Shown here in pieces: positions 47,045 through 57,656 of a stretch of DNA of 64,000 nucleotides. The stretch is from Alphaproteobacteria bacterium (GTDB lineage Bacteria > Pseudomonadota > Alphaproteobacteria > GCA-2731375). The notes below the pieces were generated by a model that had not been told where the DNA came from, did no database searches, and saw nothing but the letters and a program-made list of their open reading frames with translations. Both the position numbers and the translations under genes were made by a program. Where the stretch lies: the NCBI GenBank assembly GCA_965232515.1, contig CBDDPY010000002.1, positions 4,224,001 to 4,288,000 of the forward strand, written 5' to 3'. Numbering within the stretch: the stretch's first letter is position 1; each line of letters starts with the position of its first letter.

Positions 47045-47412
47045 TGGCCGCGGGCAGCGCAACGCCCTGGCCGACCGAGATCCGCCTGAAAAAGGCGGAG
47101 AAGGTCCTGGAGATCGACTTCGACGACAACAAGACCTTCCTGCTGCCGGCCGAACTGCTACGGGTCGAAAGCCCGAGCGCCGAGGTGCAGGGCCACGGCG
47201 GCGAAAAAACGATCGTCGCCGGCCGTCGGCATGTCGGCATCATCGGGCTGGAGCCGGTGGGCCACTACGCGGTGCGGCTGATTTTCGACGATCTGCACGA
47301 CACCGGCATCTTTACCTGGGCCTATCTCTACAAGCTGGGCGACGGCCAGGCCGAGATCTGGGACCGGTATCTGGCCGCACTGGAGGAGAAGGGCCTGAGC
47401 CGCGATCCCTGA
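47044..47412 (+). CDS. DUF971 family protein
   Basis: ELLRVESPSAEVQGH, FDDLHDTGIFTW. Confidence 0.9.
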   Translation: MAAGSATPWPTEIRLKKAEKVLEIDFDDNKTFLLPAELLRVESPSAEVQGHGGEKTIVAGRRHVGIIGLEPVGHYAVRLIFDDLHDTGIFTWAYLYKLGDGQAEIWDRYLAALEEKGLSRDP

Positions 47413-47434
47413 TCGCGCCGCCCGCGACAAACCG

Positions 47435-48571
47435 ATGCTGCCATGGCAACGCCACCTGTTCGATATCGACGACGACGTCGCTTATCTGAACTGCGCCTCG
47501 TTCTCGCCGTACCTGAAAACGGTGCACGCGGCCGGCGCCAAGGCGCTGACCCGCAAGCTGCACCCCTGGACCATGGACCGGAACGCGCAGAACGCCGAGG
47601 CCGACGAGGCCCGCGCGCTGTTCGCGGGGCTGATCAACGCGGACGCCGCCGATATCGCCATCGCGCCGTCGACCAGCTATGGGGTGGCAACGGCGGCGGC
47701 GAATCTGTCGGTCGCGGCGGGACAGTCGGTCGTCGTGCTGCAGGACCAGTTTCCGTCGAACTACTATGCCTGGAAGACGCTGGCCGAGCGCAGCGACGCC
47801 CGCCTCGTCACCGTGCCGCGGCCGGACGACGGCGACTGGACGCCGGCCGTGCTGGCGGCGATCGATGACGCCACCGCGATCGCGGCGCTGCCGAACTGTC
47901 ATTGGACCGACGGGGCGCGGCTCGATCTGGAGGCCATCGGCGCGCGCTGCCGCGAGGTTGGTGCGGCGCTGGTGGTGGACGCGACGCAGTCGGTCGGCGC
48001 GCTGCCGACGGACGTCGCCCGCATCCGGCCCGATTTCCTGGTCTGCTCGGCCTACAAGTGGCTGCTCTGCCCCTACACGCTCGCCTTCCTTTACGCGGCA
48101 CCGCATCGCCAGGATGGCCGGCCGCTGGAGCTGCATTACGGCAACCGCGCCGGCGCGACGACGCAGCAGGGCGGCACCGGTTACGCCTACGAGTTCCTGC
48201 CGGGCGCGCAGCGCTACGACATGGGCGAGCGCGTCAACATCATCAACCTGCCGATGGCGGTCGCGGCCATGACCCAGCTGCACGCGTGGGGCGTCGACAA
48301 CATCGCCGCGTCGCTGACGCCGTTGACCGAGGCCGCGGCCGAGATGGCGGCCGCCCGCGGCATGGCTTCGCCCGCGCCGCACGCCCGCGTCGGCCATTTC
48401 ATCGGCATCCGCCCGGGCGCGATGCCGCCCGACATCGCCGAGCGTCTCGCCGCCGAACGGGTTTTCGTGAGCCGCCGCGGCGACAACGTCCGCGTCAGCC
48501 CGCACCTCTACAACGACATGGCCGACATCGAACGGCTGTTTACGGCGCTCGATCGCTGTCTTTCTGATTAA
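47435..48571 (+). CDS. Class V PLP-dependent aminotransferase
   Basis: YLNCA, DATQSVG, SAYKWL, RVSPHLYN. Confidence 0.9.
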   Translation: MLPWQRHLFDIDDDVAYLNCASFSPYLKTVHAAGAKALTRKLHPWTMDRNAQNAEADEARALFAGLINADAADIAIAPSTSYGVATAAANLSVAAGQSVVVLQDQFPSNYYAWKTLAERSDARLVTVPRPDDGDWTPAVLAAIDDATAIAALPNCHWTDGARLDLEAIGARCREVGAALVVDATQSVGALPTDVARIRPDFLVCSAYKWLLCPYTLAFLYAAPHRQDGRPLELHYGNRAGATTQQGGTGYAYEFLPGAQRYDMGERVNIINLPMAVAAMTQLHAWGVDNIAASLTPLTEAAAEMAAARGMASPAPHARVGHFIGIRPGAMPPDIAERLAAERVFVSRRGDNVRVSPHLYNDMADIERLFTALDRCLSD

Positions 48572-48658
48572 TCAGGCCGCGACTGCGGCCCGCCGGCTTA
48601 TCCGGCGCGCCCGCGCAGGCGCGGACCGTCAGGTCCGCTGCCGTGAGCGCCAAATTGC

Positions 48659-49882
48659 CTACAACGCCACGCCGCGGATCAGTTTCGGCAGGTCGCCGGT
48701 CATGGCGGCGGCGCGGCGTTCGAAGAAGCGTTTCAGCGGCGGGGCACGGTTGACGATGCCGAGGCCGAGGTCGCGGGCGAGGCGCACGGGCGTGATGTCG
48801 TTCGAGAACAGCCGGTTCAGGCCGTCGGTCATCACCAGCATGGTGAAGGAGTCCCAGCGCCGCCATTGCTGATAGCGCTGCAGCACGTCGTCGCCGCCAT
48901 GGTCGAGGCCGAGCCGCGCCGAGTCGATGACGATCTCGGCCAGGCAGGCGACGTCGCGCAGGCCGAGGTTGAGGCCCTGCCCCGCGATCGGGTGCATGGA
49001 GTGCGCCGCGTCGCCGACCAGCGCCAGCCGTCGGTCGACATAGCGTTCGGCGTTCTGCAGGCCGAGCGGGTAGCGCCAGCGCGGACCGTCGTTTTCGATT
49101 CGACCGAGATGATCGCCGGCCCGGGCCGCGATCTCGGCGTCGAAGGCGGCATCGTCGAGCGCCAGCATGGCGTCGGCCAGTTCCGCGCGTTCGGTCCAGA
49201 CCAGCGACGAACGGTTGCCCCGCATGGGCAACAGCGCGAACGGCCCGGCCGGCAGGAAATGCTCCTTGGCGACGCCGTGATGCGGCCGCTCGTGCGTCAC
49301 CGTGCAGACAATCGCCGTCTGCGGATAGTTCCAGGCGATGTTCCGGATACCGGCGGCCTGGCGCTGCGGCGAACCGCGCCCGTCGGCCGCGGCGGCGAGC
49401 GGCGCCGAGATGCGGCGGCCATCGTCCAGCACCGCCATCACATGCCCGCCCTCGCGGTCGAGGTCGGTCACGGCGCAGGGCGCGAACAGCGCGATGTTCT
49501 TCTGCGCCCGCACCGCCTTCAGGAGCGCGATGCGCAGGAACCGGTTTTCGACCATGAAGCCGAACGGCCGGTCGCCGACGTCGCGGTGATCGAAATGCAG
49601 GAACAGCGGCGCGGCGCCGTCGGAAACGCGGATATCCAGAATCGGCTCGGCCTCGTCGGCCAGATGCCGCCAGACGCCCAGCGTGTCGAACAGCGCGTGG
49701 CTGCCGTAGGAGATCGAGCTGACCCGGCCGTCGAAGGCCGGCGTCGTCGTGCTGTCCGGCGCCTGCAGGTCGACCACCGCCACCCGCATGCCGGCCCCGG
49801 CGGTCGCCAGCGCCAGCGTCATGCCGATCATGCCGCCGCCGACGATCAGCAGATCCGCATCCATGCGTCCGTTCGTGCTCAT
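48659..49882 (-). CDS. UbiH/UbiL family FAD-dependent hydroxylase
   Basis: GGGMIG, AADG, LVGDAAHSMHPIAGQGLNLG. Confidence 0.92.
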   Translation of the reverse strand: MSTNGRMDADLLIVGGGMIGMTLALATAGAGMRVAVVDLQAPDSTTTPAFDGRVSSISYGSHALFDTLGVWRHLADEAEPILDIRVSDGAAPLFLHFDHRDVGDRPFGFMVENRFLRIALLKAVRAQKNIALFAPCAVTDLDREGGHVMAVLDDGRRISAPLAAAADGRGSPQRQAAGIRNIAWNYPQTAIVCTVTHERPHHGVAKEHFLPAGPFALLPMRGNRSSLVWTERAELADAMLALDDAAFDAEIAARAGDHLGRIENDGPRWRYPLGLQNAERYVDRRLALVGDAAHSMHPIAGQGLNLGLRDVACLAEIVIDSARLGLDHGGDDVLQRYQQWRRWDSFTMLVMTDGLNRLFSNDITPVRLARDLGLGIVNRAPPLKRFFERRAAAMTGDLPKLIRGVAL

Positions 49883-49966
49883 AACGATAGAAGTGCCGCG
49901 CCCGCCCGCCGATGTCCAGCCGTCGACGCGCGATAGATTGTCGCGACCGGCGGCATTTCACCGATT

Positions 49967-50495
<529 letters not shown>

Positions 50496-50523
50496 GAACG
50501 CGCAACAAGGAGGCGAAAAACAG

Positions 50524-51855
50524 ATGATAATCCGTCAGCGACAGATAACGGCGCTTGCGATTGCGGCGATCGCGGCCGTGGGCCTGGCCGGGCCGGCGCA
50601 GGCCGCGGTCGAGGCCGAGACGGCCTATGTCTTCAACAGCTTCTCGTTCCTGGTGCACGGCTTTCTGGTGATGTGGATGGCCGCCGGCTTCTGCATGCTG
50701 GAAGCGGGTCTGGTGCGCTCGAAGAACGTGGCGACGATGTGCGTGAAGAACATCTCGCTCTATTCCGTGGCCGGCATCATGTATTTCCTGGTCGGCTACA
50801 ACCTGATGTATGACGGCGTCGACGGCGGCTTTCTCGGTTCGTTCTCGTGGTGGAGCGCCGACGACACGGCCGCGCTGGAAGGCACCGACTTCGGCGACGG
50901 CGCCGGCTATTCGGCGACATCGGACTGGTTCTTCCAGATGGTGTTCGTCGCGACCGCGGCCTCGATCGTCTCGGGCTGTCTCGCCGAGCGCATCAAGGTC
51001 TGGCCGTTCCTGGCCTTCGTCGTCGTGCTGACGGCGATCATCTACCCGATCCAGGGCTCCTGGCAGTGGGGCGGCGGCTGGCTGTCGGAGCTCGGCTTCG
51101 CCGACTTCGCCGGCTCGACGCTGGTGCACTCGACCGGCGGCTGGGCGGCGCTGGCGGGCGCGATCATCCTGGGTCCCCGCAAGGGCAAGTACGACGCCCA
51201 GGGCAACGTGCATCCGCTGCCGGGCTCGAGCCTGCCGTTGGCGACGCTGGGGACGTTCATTCTCTGGCTCGGCTGGTTCGGCTTCAACGGCGGCTCGCAG
51301 CTCGCCATGGGCTCGGCGGCCGACGTCGTGGCGATCGCCAACATCTACGCCAACACCAACCTGGCCGCGGCCGGCGGCGTGGTCGGCGCGATGATCGTCA
51401 GCCAGCTGGTCTACCGCAAGATCGACCTGACCATGGCCCTGAACGGCGCCATCGCCGGCCTGGTCTCGATCACGGCCGGCCCGGACACGCCGTCCATGGG
51501 CGCCGCTGTTCTGATCGGCGCGGTCGGCGGCGTGTTGGTGGTGTTCGCGATCCCGCTGTTCGACAAGTTCAAGATCGACGACGTCGTGGGCGCGATCTCG
51601 GCCCACCTGGTGGCCGGCATCTGGGGCACCATGGTGGTGCCGGTGACCAACGGCGACGCCACGTTCTGGGCGCAGTTCGTCGGCGTGATCTCGATCGGCG
51701 CCTTCGTCTTTATCCTCAGCCTGATCGTCTGGACGGTGCTGAAGTTCACCGTCGGCATTCGTCTTGACGAGGAAGCCGAGGAAATGGGCGGCGACCGCTC
51801 GGAACTGGGCCTGGAAGCCTATCCCGAGTTCGGCCGCGGCTCGCAAACCATCTGA
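50524..51855 (+). CDS. amtB: Ammonium transporter
   Basis: FFQMVF, DFAGSTLVH, GWFGFNGGS, DDVVGAISAH. Confidence 0.96.
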   Translation: MIIRQRQITALAIAAIAAVGLAGPAQAAVEAETAYVFNSFSFLVHGFLVMWMAAGFCMLEAGLVRSKNVATMCVKNISLYSVAGIMYFLVGYNLMYDGVDGGFLGSFSWWSADDTAALEGTDFGDGAGYSATSDWFFQMVFVATAASIVSGCLAERIKVWPFLAFVVVLTAIIYPIQGSWQWGGGWLSELGFADFAGSTLVHSTGGWAALAGAIILGPRKGKYDAQGNVHPLPGSSLPLATLGTFILWLGWFGFNGGSQLAMGSAADVVAIANIYANTNLAAAGGVVGAMIVSQLVYRKIDLTMALNGAIAGLVSITAGPDTPSMGAAVLIGAVGGVLVVFAIPLFDKFKIDDVVGAISAHLVAGIWGTMVVPVTNGDATFWAQFVGVISIGAFVFILSLIVWTVLKFTVGIRLDEEAEEMGGDRSELGLEAYPEFGRGSQTI

Positions 51856-51902
51856 GTGGGGGGTCGTGACCCAGCGACCTGCTGTAATGTAGCGTAGCGT
51901 AC

Positions 51903-51938
51903 CGGCCCGGGCGGCATTACCGCCCGGGCCGTTTTTTT
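51903..51938 (+). terminator. Rho-independent terminator
   Basis: 12-bp stem CGGCCCGGGCGG/CCGCCCGGGCCG followed by T7. Confidence 0.9.
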
Positions 51939-52302
51939 AGGTCGGCCTTGCGGCTTGGCTCGACCCGTCCCCTTGACGTGGTTGTCACGCCCGAAGGGCG
52001 CTGGACAACCGAGCCAGCGTCGGCTTCGCCGACGCGCTCGGCACGACAAGCCCCACCCGACCACCCATCAAGCATACTTCCGTGGGTGGTCGGGTGTGGG
52101 AGTGGGATGGGTCGAGCATTTGCCCACAGGCAATCCGAATCGCTTTGCGATTCGCGAACAAAGCGGGAATCCGATTCGGCGTGGTTGCGACGCTGGATTC
52201 ACGTCGACACCCAACCCCTTGTGAGGCAAGGCGAACGCCGATACATTATCTGCCATCGTTTTTGAAATGTTCTAATCTGCGCGAATCGGTTGGCGAATCG
52301 GC

Positions 52303-53493
52303 ATGATCAATCCCCGGCTGGCCCTGCTGCCCGACTATCCGTTCGAGCGCCTGCGCGGTCTGTTGGACCCGCTGACGCCGCCAGCGGACATCAGGCCCAT
52401 CGTCATGAGCCTGGGCGAGCCGCAGCACGCCTATCCCGACCTGGTGGCCGAGACGCTGGCCGCGAACAGCCATCTTTATGGAAAGTATCCGCCGGTCGCC
52501 GGCACGCCGGAATTCCGCGCCGCCGTGCACGACTGGCTGGTCCGGCGCTATGACCTACCCGACGACATGTTGGACGCCGACCGCCATATCGCGCCGGTGG
52601 CGGGCACGCGGGAAGCGCTGTTCATGTGCGCGTTTTTGGCGGTGCCGCCGGAAAAGGCCGGCGCCCAGCCGCTGGTCCTGATGCCGAACCCCTTTTACCA
52701 GTGCTACGCCGGCGCGGCGGTGGCGGCGGGCGCGACGCCTGTGTTCCTACCAGCGAGCGCCGAGACCGGATTTCTGCCGGATCTGTCGGCTTTGTCGGCG
52801 GAAACGCTTGAGCGCACGGCGCTATTCTATCTCTGCACGCCCGGCAATCCGCAGGGCGCCATCGCCGACCTCGATTACATGAGCGAAGCCCTGCGTCTCG
52901 CCCGGGAATACGACTTCGTGCTGGTGCTGGACGAGTGTTACGCCGAGATCTACACCGACGCGCCCCCGCCCGGCGGGTTGCAGGCCTGCGCCGGGATGGG
53001 CGGAAGTCTGGACCACGTGCTGGCATTTCATTCGCTATCGAAGCGCTCGAACGTGCCGGGCCTGCGCTCGGGCTTTGTCGCCGGCGACGCCGACCTGATC
53101 AAATTGCTGCTGCGGTTGAAGGAATATGGCGGCAACCCGTCGCCGCTGCCGGTCTACGCGACGGCGACGGCGCTCTGGCGCGAGGAAAGCCATGTCGCGG
53201 CCAACCGCGCGCTCTATCGCGAGAAATTCGATATCTCGGACCGCATTCTCGGCAACCGCTTCGGCTATTACCGGCCGGCGGGCGGGTTTTTCCTCTGGCT
53301 CGACGTCGGCGACGGCGAGGCGGCGGCCCGCGATCTGTGGACGAAGGCGGCCGTGAAGGTGCTGCCGGGCGCTTATTTGTCACAGGCCGTCGATGGACAG
53401 CCCAACCCGGGCGCGGGCTATATTCGCGTCGCCATGGTGCATGACGCGGCGACCACGGCGGAAGCGCTCGCGCGCATCGCCGACGCCTTGTGA
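52303..53493 (+). CDS. Class I/II aminotransferase (DapC-like)
   Basis: YPFERL, NPFYQ.Y, DECYAEIY, SLSKRSNVPGLRSGF. Confidence 0.9.
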   Translation: MINPRLALLPDYPFERLRGLLDPLTPPADIRPIVMSLGEPQHAYPDLVAETLAANSHLYGKYPPVAGTPEFRAAVHDWLVRRYDLPDDMLDADRHIAPVAGTREALFMCAFLAVPPEKAGAQPLVLMPNPFYQCYAGAAVAAGATPVFLPASAETGFLPDLSALSAETLERTALFYLCTPGNPQGAIADLDYMSEALRLAREYDFVLVLDECYAEIYTDAPPPGGLQACAGMGGSLDHVLAFHSLSKRSNVPGLRSGFVAGDADLIKLLLRLKEYGGNPSPLPVYATATALWREESHVAANRALYREKFDISDRILGNRFGYYRPAGGFFLWLDVGDGEAAARDLWTKAAVKVLPGAYLSQAVDGQPNPGAGYIRVAMVHDAATTAEALARIADAL

Positions 53494-53524
53494 GCTGAGC
53501 CGGCACCGTTCAAGGAGTTTGTCC

Positions 53525-55900
53525 GTGGCGCAACGCAACGAAACCAGGCAGCGGGCGGTGTTCCTGCCCGAGGGAATGCGAGAGTTCATGCGCCGGCGCG
53601 CCGTCGAATTGCTGGGCCTTGGCCTGCTGGCGCTGGCCGGCGCGCTGGCGGCGGCGCTCGCCAGCTACAACCCGGCCGATCCGAGCTGGAGCACGGCGAC
53701 GGGCGCGGCGCCGACGAACTGGCTCGGCCTGCCCGGCGCGCATGCCGCCGACCTGATCCTGCAAACCTCGGGGTTGGCCGGCGTGCTGCCGGCGCTGGTG
53801 CTGGCGGCCTGGGCCTGGCGGGTGATCTCGCACCGGGGCCTGCCCATGTTCTGGCTCAGGCTGACGGCGCTGGTGCTGTGCCTGATCGCGGCGGCCACCT
53901 TCGCCTCGGCCCTGCCGGCGCCGTCGGCCTGGCCGCTCGCGACCGGCCTCGGCGGCTTCTACGGCGATCTGTTTCACAACGGCGCGGCGCGGGCGCTGGC
54001 GGCGTTCGGCCTCGACACCTGGCCCTACACCATCGTGGTGGCCACCGGCGTGATCGCGCTGGCGCTGCTGCTGTTCGTGCTGTCGATCAGCCTCGCCGAC
54101 TGGGGCGCGGCCGGCCGCGGCGGTCTGTGGGCGACGAAAACCGCCGGCCGCGGCGTGCAGACGGCGGGCGCCACGCTGGCCCGGATCGGCCGCGGCGCGG
54201 CGCGGCACGTGCGGCGCGAACCGCGGCTGGTGCCCGGCGATGCCGACGACGCGCCTGACCTGGACGAACGGCCGGAGCCGACCATGGCCCGCGCGGCGAA
54301 GCGCCGGGTGACGACGCCGGCGCGCAAGCCGAAGAAAAGCCGCCGCGCGCGGGCAGAAGAACAGCCGAAATTCAATCTCGGCAGCGAGGACGGCTATCAG
54401 CTGCCGCCACTGGCGCTGCTGCAGGAGCCGGGCGATCAGGCCCGGATCCGCCGCGTCAACGAGGAAGCGCTTGAGCAGAACGCGCGCCTGCTGGAATCGG
54501 TGCTGGACGACTACGGCGTGCGCGGCCGCATCATCAAGGTACGGCCCGGCCCGGTGGTGACGCTTTACGAGCTGGAGCCGGCGCCCGGCACCAAGACCAG
54601 CCGGGTGATCGGCCTCTCCGACGACATCGCCCGCTCGATGAGCGCGGTCAGCGTGCGCGTCGCGGTGGTGCCCGGCCGCAACGCCATCGGCATCGAGCTG
54701 CCGAACCAGGACCGCGAGACCGTGTACCTGCGCGAGCTGCTGGCGACCAGTGATTATGAATCCGCCAACGCCACATTGTCGCTGGCGCTGGGCAAGGACA
54801 TCAGCGGCGCGCCGATCATCGCCGACCTGGCGAAGATGCCGCACCTGCTGATCGCCGGCACCACCGGCTCGGGCAAGTCGGTCGCCATCAACACCATGAT
54901 CCTGTCGCTCTTGTACCGGCAGCCGCCGGAGCAGTGCCGGCTGATCATGATCGACCCGAAGATGCTGGAGCTGAGCGTCTACGACGACATCCCGCACCTG
55001 TTGACGCCGGTGGTGACCGACCCGGGCAAGGCGGTGGTGGCGCTGAAATGGACCGTGCGGGAGATGGAGAACCGCTACAAGGCCATGGCGCGGCTGACGG
55101 TGCGCAACATCGCCGGCTACAACCAGCGCCTGGCCCAGGCCAAGGCCAAGGGCGAGACGCTGACGCGCACGGTGCAGACCGGCTTCGACACCGAAACCGG
55201 CGAGCCGATCTTCGAAGAGCAAGAGCTCGACATGGAGCCGATGCCGCATATCGTCGTCGTGGTCGACGAGATGGCCGACCTGATGATGGTTGCCGGCAAG
55301 GACATCGAGGGCGCGATCCAGCGCCTGGCGCAGATGGCGCGCGCCGCCGGCATCCACATCATCATGGCGACGCAGCGGCCGTCGGTGGACGTGATCACCG
55401 GCACCATCAAGGCGAACTTCCCGACCCGGATCAGCTTCCAGGTCACCTCCAAGGTCGACAGCCGGACCATTCTGGGCGAACAGGGCGCCGAGCAGCTGCT
55501 GGGCCAGGGCGACATGCTGTACATGGCCGGCGGCGGCCGCATCACCCGCGTGCACGGGCCGTTCGTCTCGGACGGCGAGGTCGAGCAGGTTGTCGCCTAT
55601 CTGCGCGCCCAGGGCGAGCCGGAATACCTGTCGGCCGTGACCGAGGACCTGGAGCCCGAGGACGACGGCGGCATGGGCGCCGGGCCGGCCGGCGGCTCGG
55701 GCGACGCGCTGTTCGACCAGGCCGTCGACGTGGTCTCGCGGCACCAGAAGGCGTCGACAAGCTTCATCCAGCGCCACCTGCAGATCGGCTACAACCGCGC
55801 CGCCCGGCTGATGGAGCGCATGGAGGAAGAAGGCATCGTCGGCCCCGCCAACCATGTCGGCAAACGCGAGATCCACGTGCGCAAGCCGGACGAGTTTTAG
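53525..55900 (+). CDS. ftsK: DNA translocase FtsK
   Basis: AAGGAG RBS, N-terminal TM region, GTTGSGKS, gamma domain IGYNRAA. Confidence 0.96.
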   Translation: MAQRNETRQRAVFLPEGMREFMRRRAVELLGLGLLALAGALAAALASYNPADPSWSTATGAAPTNWLGLPGAHAADLILQTSGLAGVLPALVLAAWAWRVISHRGLPMFWLRLTALVLCLIAAATFASALPAPSAWPLATGLGGFYGDLFHNGAARALAAFGLDTWPYTIVVATGVIALALLLFVLSISLADWGAAGRGGLWATKTAGRGVQTAGATLARIGRGAARHVRREPRLVPGDADDAPDLDERPEPTMARAAKRRVTTPARKPKKSRRARAEEQPKFNLGSEDGYQLPPLALLQEPGDQARIRRVNEEALEQNARLLESVLDDYGVRGRIIKVRPGPVVTLYELEPAPGTKTSRVIGLSDDIARSMSAVSVRVAVVPGRNAIGIELPNQDRETVYLRELLATSDYESANATLSLALGKDISGAPIIADLAKMPHLLIAGTTGSGKSVAINTMILSLLYRQPPEQCRLIMIDPKMLELSVYDDIPHLLTPVVTDPGKAVVALKWTVREMENRYKAMARLTVRNIAGYNQRLAQAKAKGETLTRTVQTGFDTETGEPIFEEQELDMEPMPHIVVVVDEMADLMMVAGKDIEGAIQRLAQMARAAGIHIIMATQRPSVDVITGTIKANFPTRISFQVTSKVDSRTILGEQGAEQLLGQGDMLYMAGGGRITRVHGPFVSDGEVEQVVAYLRAQGEPEYLSAVTEDLEPEDDGGMGAGPAGGSGDALFDQAVDVVSRHQKASTSFIQRHLQIGYNRAARLMERMEEEGIVGPANHVGKREIHVRKPDEF

Positions 55901-55941
55901 GGGGCAGCATTCGCGGTTCGGCCCGTTCCGTCACGCGGCCC

Positions 55942-56026
55942 TGGATCACCGGGTCGCGCCCGGTGATGACGAAAAGACTTGGCATTTCAACACCTTCGTC
56001 ATTGCCGGGCTTGACCCGGCAATCCA
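55942..56026. repeat. REP-like doublet (two inverted 29-nt palindromic units)
   Basis: TGGATCACCGGGTCGCGCCCGGTGATGAC and GTCATTGCCGGGCTTGACCCGGCAATCCA. Confidence 0.8.
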
Positions 56027-56084
56027 GGGAAGCGAACAAGACTGGTTCCTGGATGAACCCCATCCTATATATCAGCGCACTGTG

Positions 56085-56708
56085 ATGACCCTTCTTCGAA
56101 CGATCGGTGCCGCGCTGCTGGCGGTGCTGTTGAGCGGGCCGGCGCTGGCGGCGCTGTCCGAGCAGGACAAGGCCGACGTAGCGCGCGTCACCGACTATCT
56201 GCAGGACATCCGGTCGCTGAGCGCGCGCTTCGTGCAGATCGGGCCCAACGGCGAGCTGGCGAACGGCACGCTCTATCTGCGCCGGCCGGGGCGGCTGCGC
56301 TTCGAGTACAACCCGCCGACGCCGCTCTTGGTGGTGGCGGACGGCACCTGGCTCGTACTGCACGACACCGAGCTGGATCAGGTCAACCGCTGGCCGGTCT
56401 ACAAGACGCCGCTCGGCGTGCTGGTCGCCAAAAAAGTCGATCTGGAAGACAAAGTCGAAGTGGTGCGCGTGGCGCGGCGGCCGGGCGTGCTGAGCCTGAC
56501 CATCGTCGACCGCAGCGCGCCGGACGAAGGCGCCATCGAGCTGGTGTTCTCGGAACCGGCCCTGAGCCTGCGCCAGTGGCACGTGCGCGACGCCCAGGGC
56601 GGCATCACCAACGTGTCGCTGTCGGAGACCAAGCTGAACGTCGACCTGCCGCCGACGCTGTTTCATTTCGACCACTTCCGTTCTGAAACCGACCGCTTCC
56701 GCCGTTAG
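56085..56708 (+). CDS. lolA: Outer membrane lipoprotein carrier LolA
   Basis: ARFVQ, RPGRLRFEY, LVVADG; ftsK-lolA gene order. Confidence 0.9.
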   Translation: MTLLRTIGAALLAVLLSGPALAALSEQDKADVARVTDYLQDIRSLSARFVQIGPNGELANGTLYLRRPGRLRFEYNPPTPLLVVADGTWLVLHDTELDQVNRWPVYKTPLGVLVAKKVDLEDKVEVVRVARRPGVLSLTIVDRSAPDEGAIELVFSEPALSLRQWHVRDAQGGITNVSLSETKLNVDLPPTLFHFDHFRSETDRFRR

Positions 56709-56728
56709 CGGTGGAACAAAAAGGCTTT

Positions 56729-56814
56729 CACCACAAAGACGCAAAGACACAAAGATGGCCGGACGGTGGCGCGAGGGTGCAGCGTGATCTTGGTGTCTTT
56801 GCGTCTTTGTGGTG
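56729..56814. repeat. 28-bp inverted repeat built from 9-bp units
   Basis: CACCACAAAGACGCAAAGACACAAAGAT ... ATCTTGGTGTCTTTGCGTCTTTGTGGTG, one mismatch. Confidence 0.85.
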
Positions 56815-56858
56815 GGGGTTTGTTGCGCCGGCTAGCCGGCGCGTGTTAGCGAAGAAGC

Positions 56859-57656
56859 ATGACGAAACCCATGCTACGGCCGCTTGTCGGCATCAGCTGC
56901 AACCGGCAGGACGGCGACGAGGCCGGTTATCCGCGCCACGTGTCGAGCGAGAAATATATCGAGGCCGTGATCGACGCCGCCGGCGCTATGCCGGTGCTGC
57001 TGCCGGCGTTGGGCAACACGGCAGATATCGACGCGCTGCTGCATCGCCTGGATGGCATCGTGCTGACGGGCGGGGTCTCGAACGTCGAGCCACACCACTA
57101 TGACGGACCGCCGAGCCGCGACGGCACGCCACACGACCCGCACCGCGACGGCCTGACCCTGCGGCTGATCCGCGCCGCCATCGATGCCCATGTGCCGGTG
57201 CTGGGCATCTGCCGCGGCATCCAGGAGATGAACGTCGCCTTCGGCGGCAGCCTGCATCAGTATCTGCACGAGGTGCCGGGCCGGTTCGACCACCGGCGCG
57301 AGCGGCACAAGCCGCTGGACGAGCAACTGGCGCCAAGGCACAAGATCAGCCTGACGCCGGGCGGGCAGCTGGCCGAGCTGCTGAACGCGACCGAGGTCGT
57401 GGTCAACTCGCTGCATGGCCAGGGCATCGACCGGGTCGGCGACGGGCTGACGGTGGAGGCCGTGGCCGAGGACGGCACCATCGAGGCGCTAAGCCTGACC
57501 GACCGCAGCCGGTTCGCGCTGGGCGTGCAGTGGCACGCCGAGTGGCAGGCCGTGGAGACGCCGGTGCATGCCGCGATCTTCGGCGCGTTCGGCGACGCGG
57601 TCGGCACGTTCGCCGCGACACGGTCGGGTCATGGCCGACGTATCGAAGTGGCTTAA
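56859..57656 (+). CDS. Gamma-glutamyl-GABA hydrolase family (peptidase C26, PuuD-like)
   Basis: LGICRG.QE.NV, VNSLH.QG, GVQWHAE. Confidence 0.92.
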   Translation: MTKPMLRPLVGISCNRQDGDEAGYPRHVSSEKYIEAVIDAAGAMPVLLPALGNTADIDALLHRLDGIVLTGGVSNVEPHHYDGPPSRDGTPHDPHRDGLTLRLIRAAIDAHVPVLGICRGIQEMNVAFGGSLHQYLHEVPGRFDHRRERHKPLDEQLAPRHKISLTPGGQLAELLNATEVVVNSLHGQGIDRVGDGLTVEAVAEDGTIEALSLTDRSRFALGVQWHAEWQAVETPVHAAIFGAFGDAVGTFAATRSGHGRRIEVA

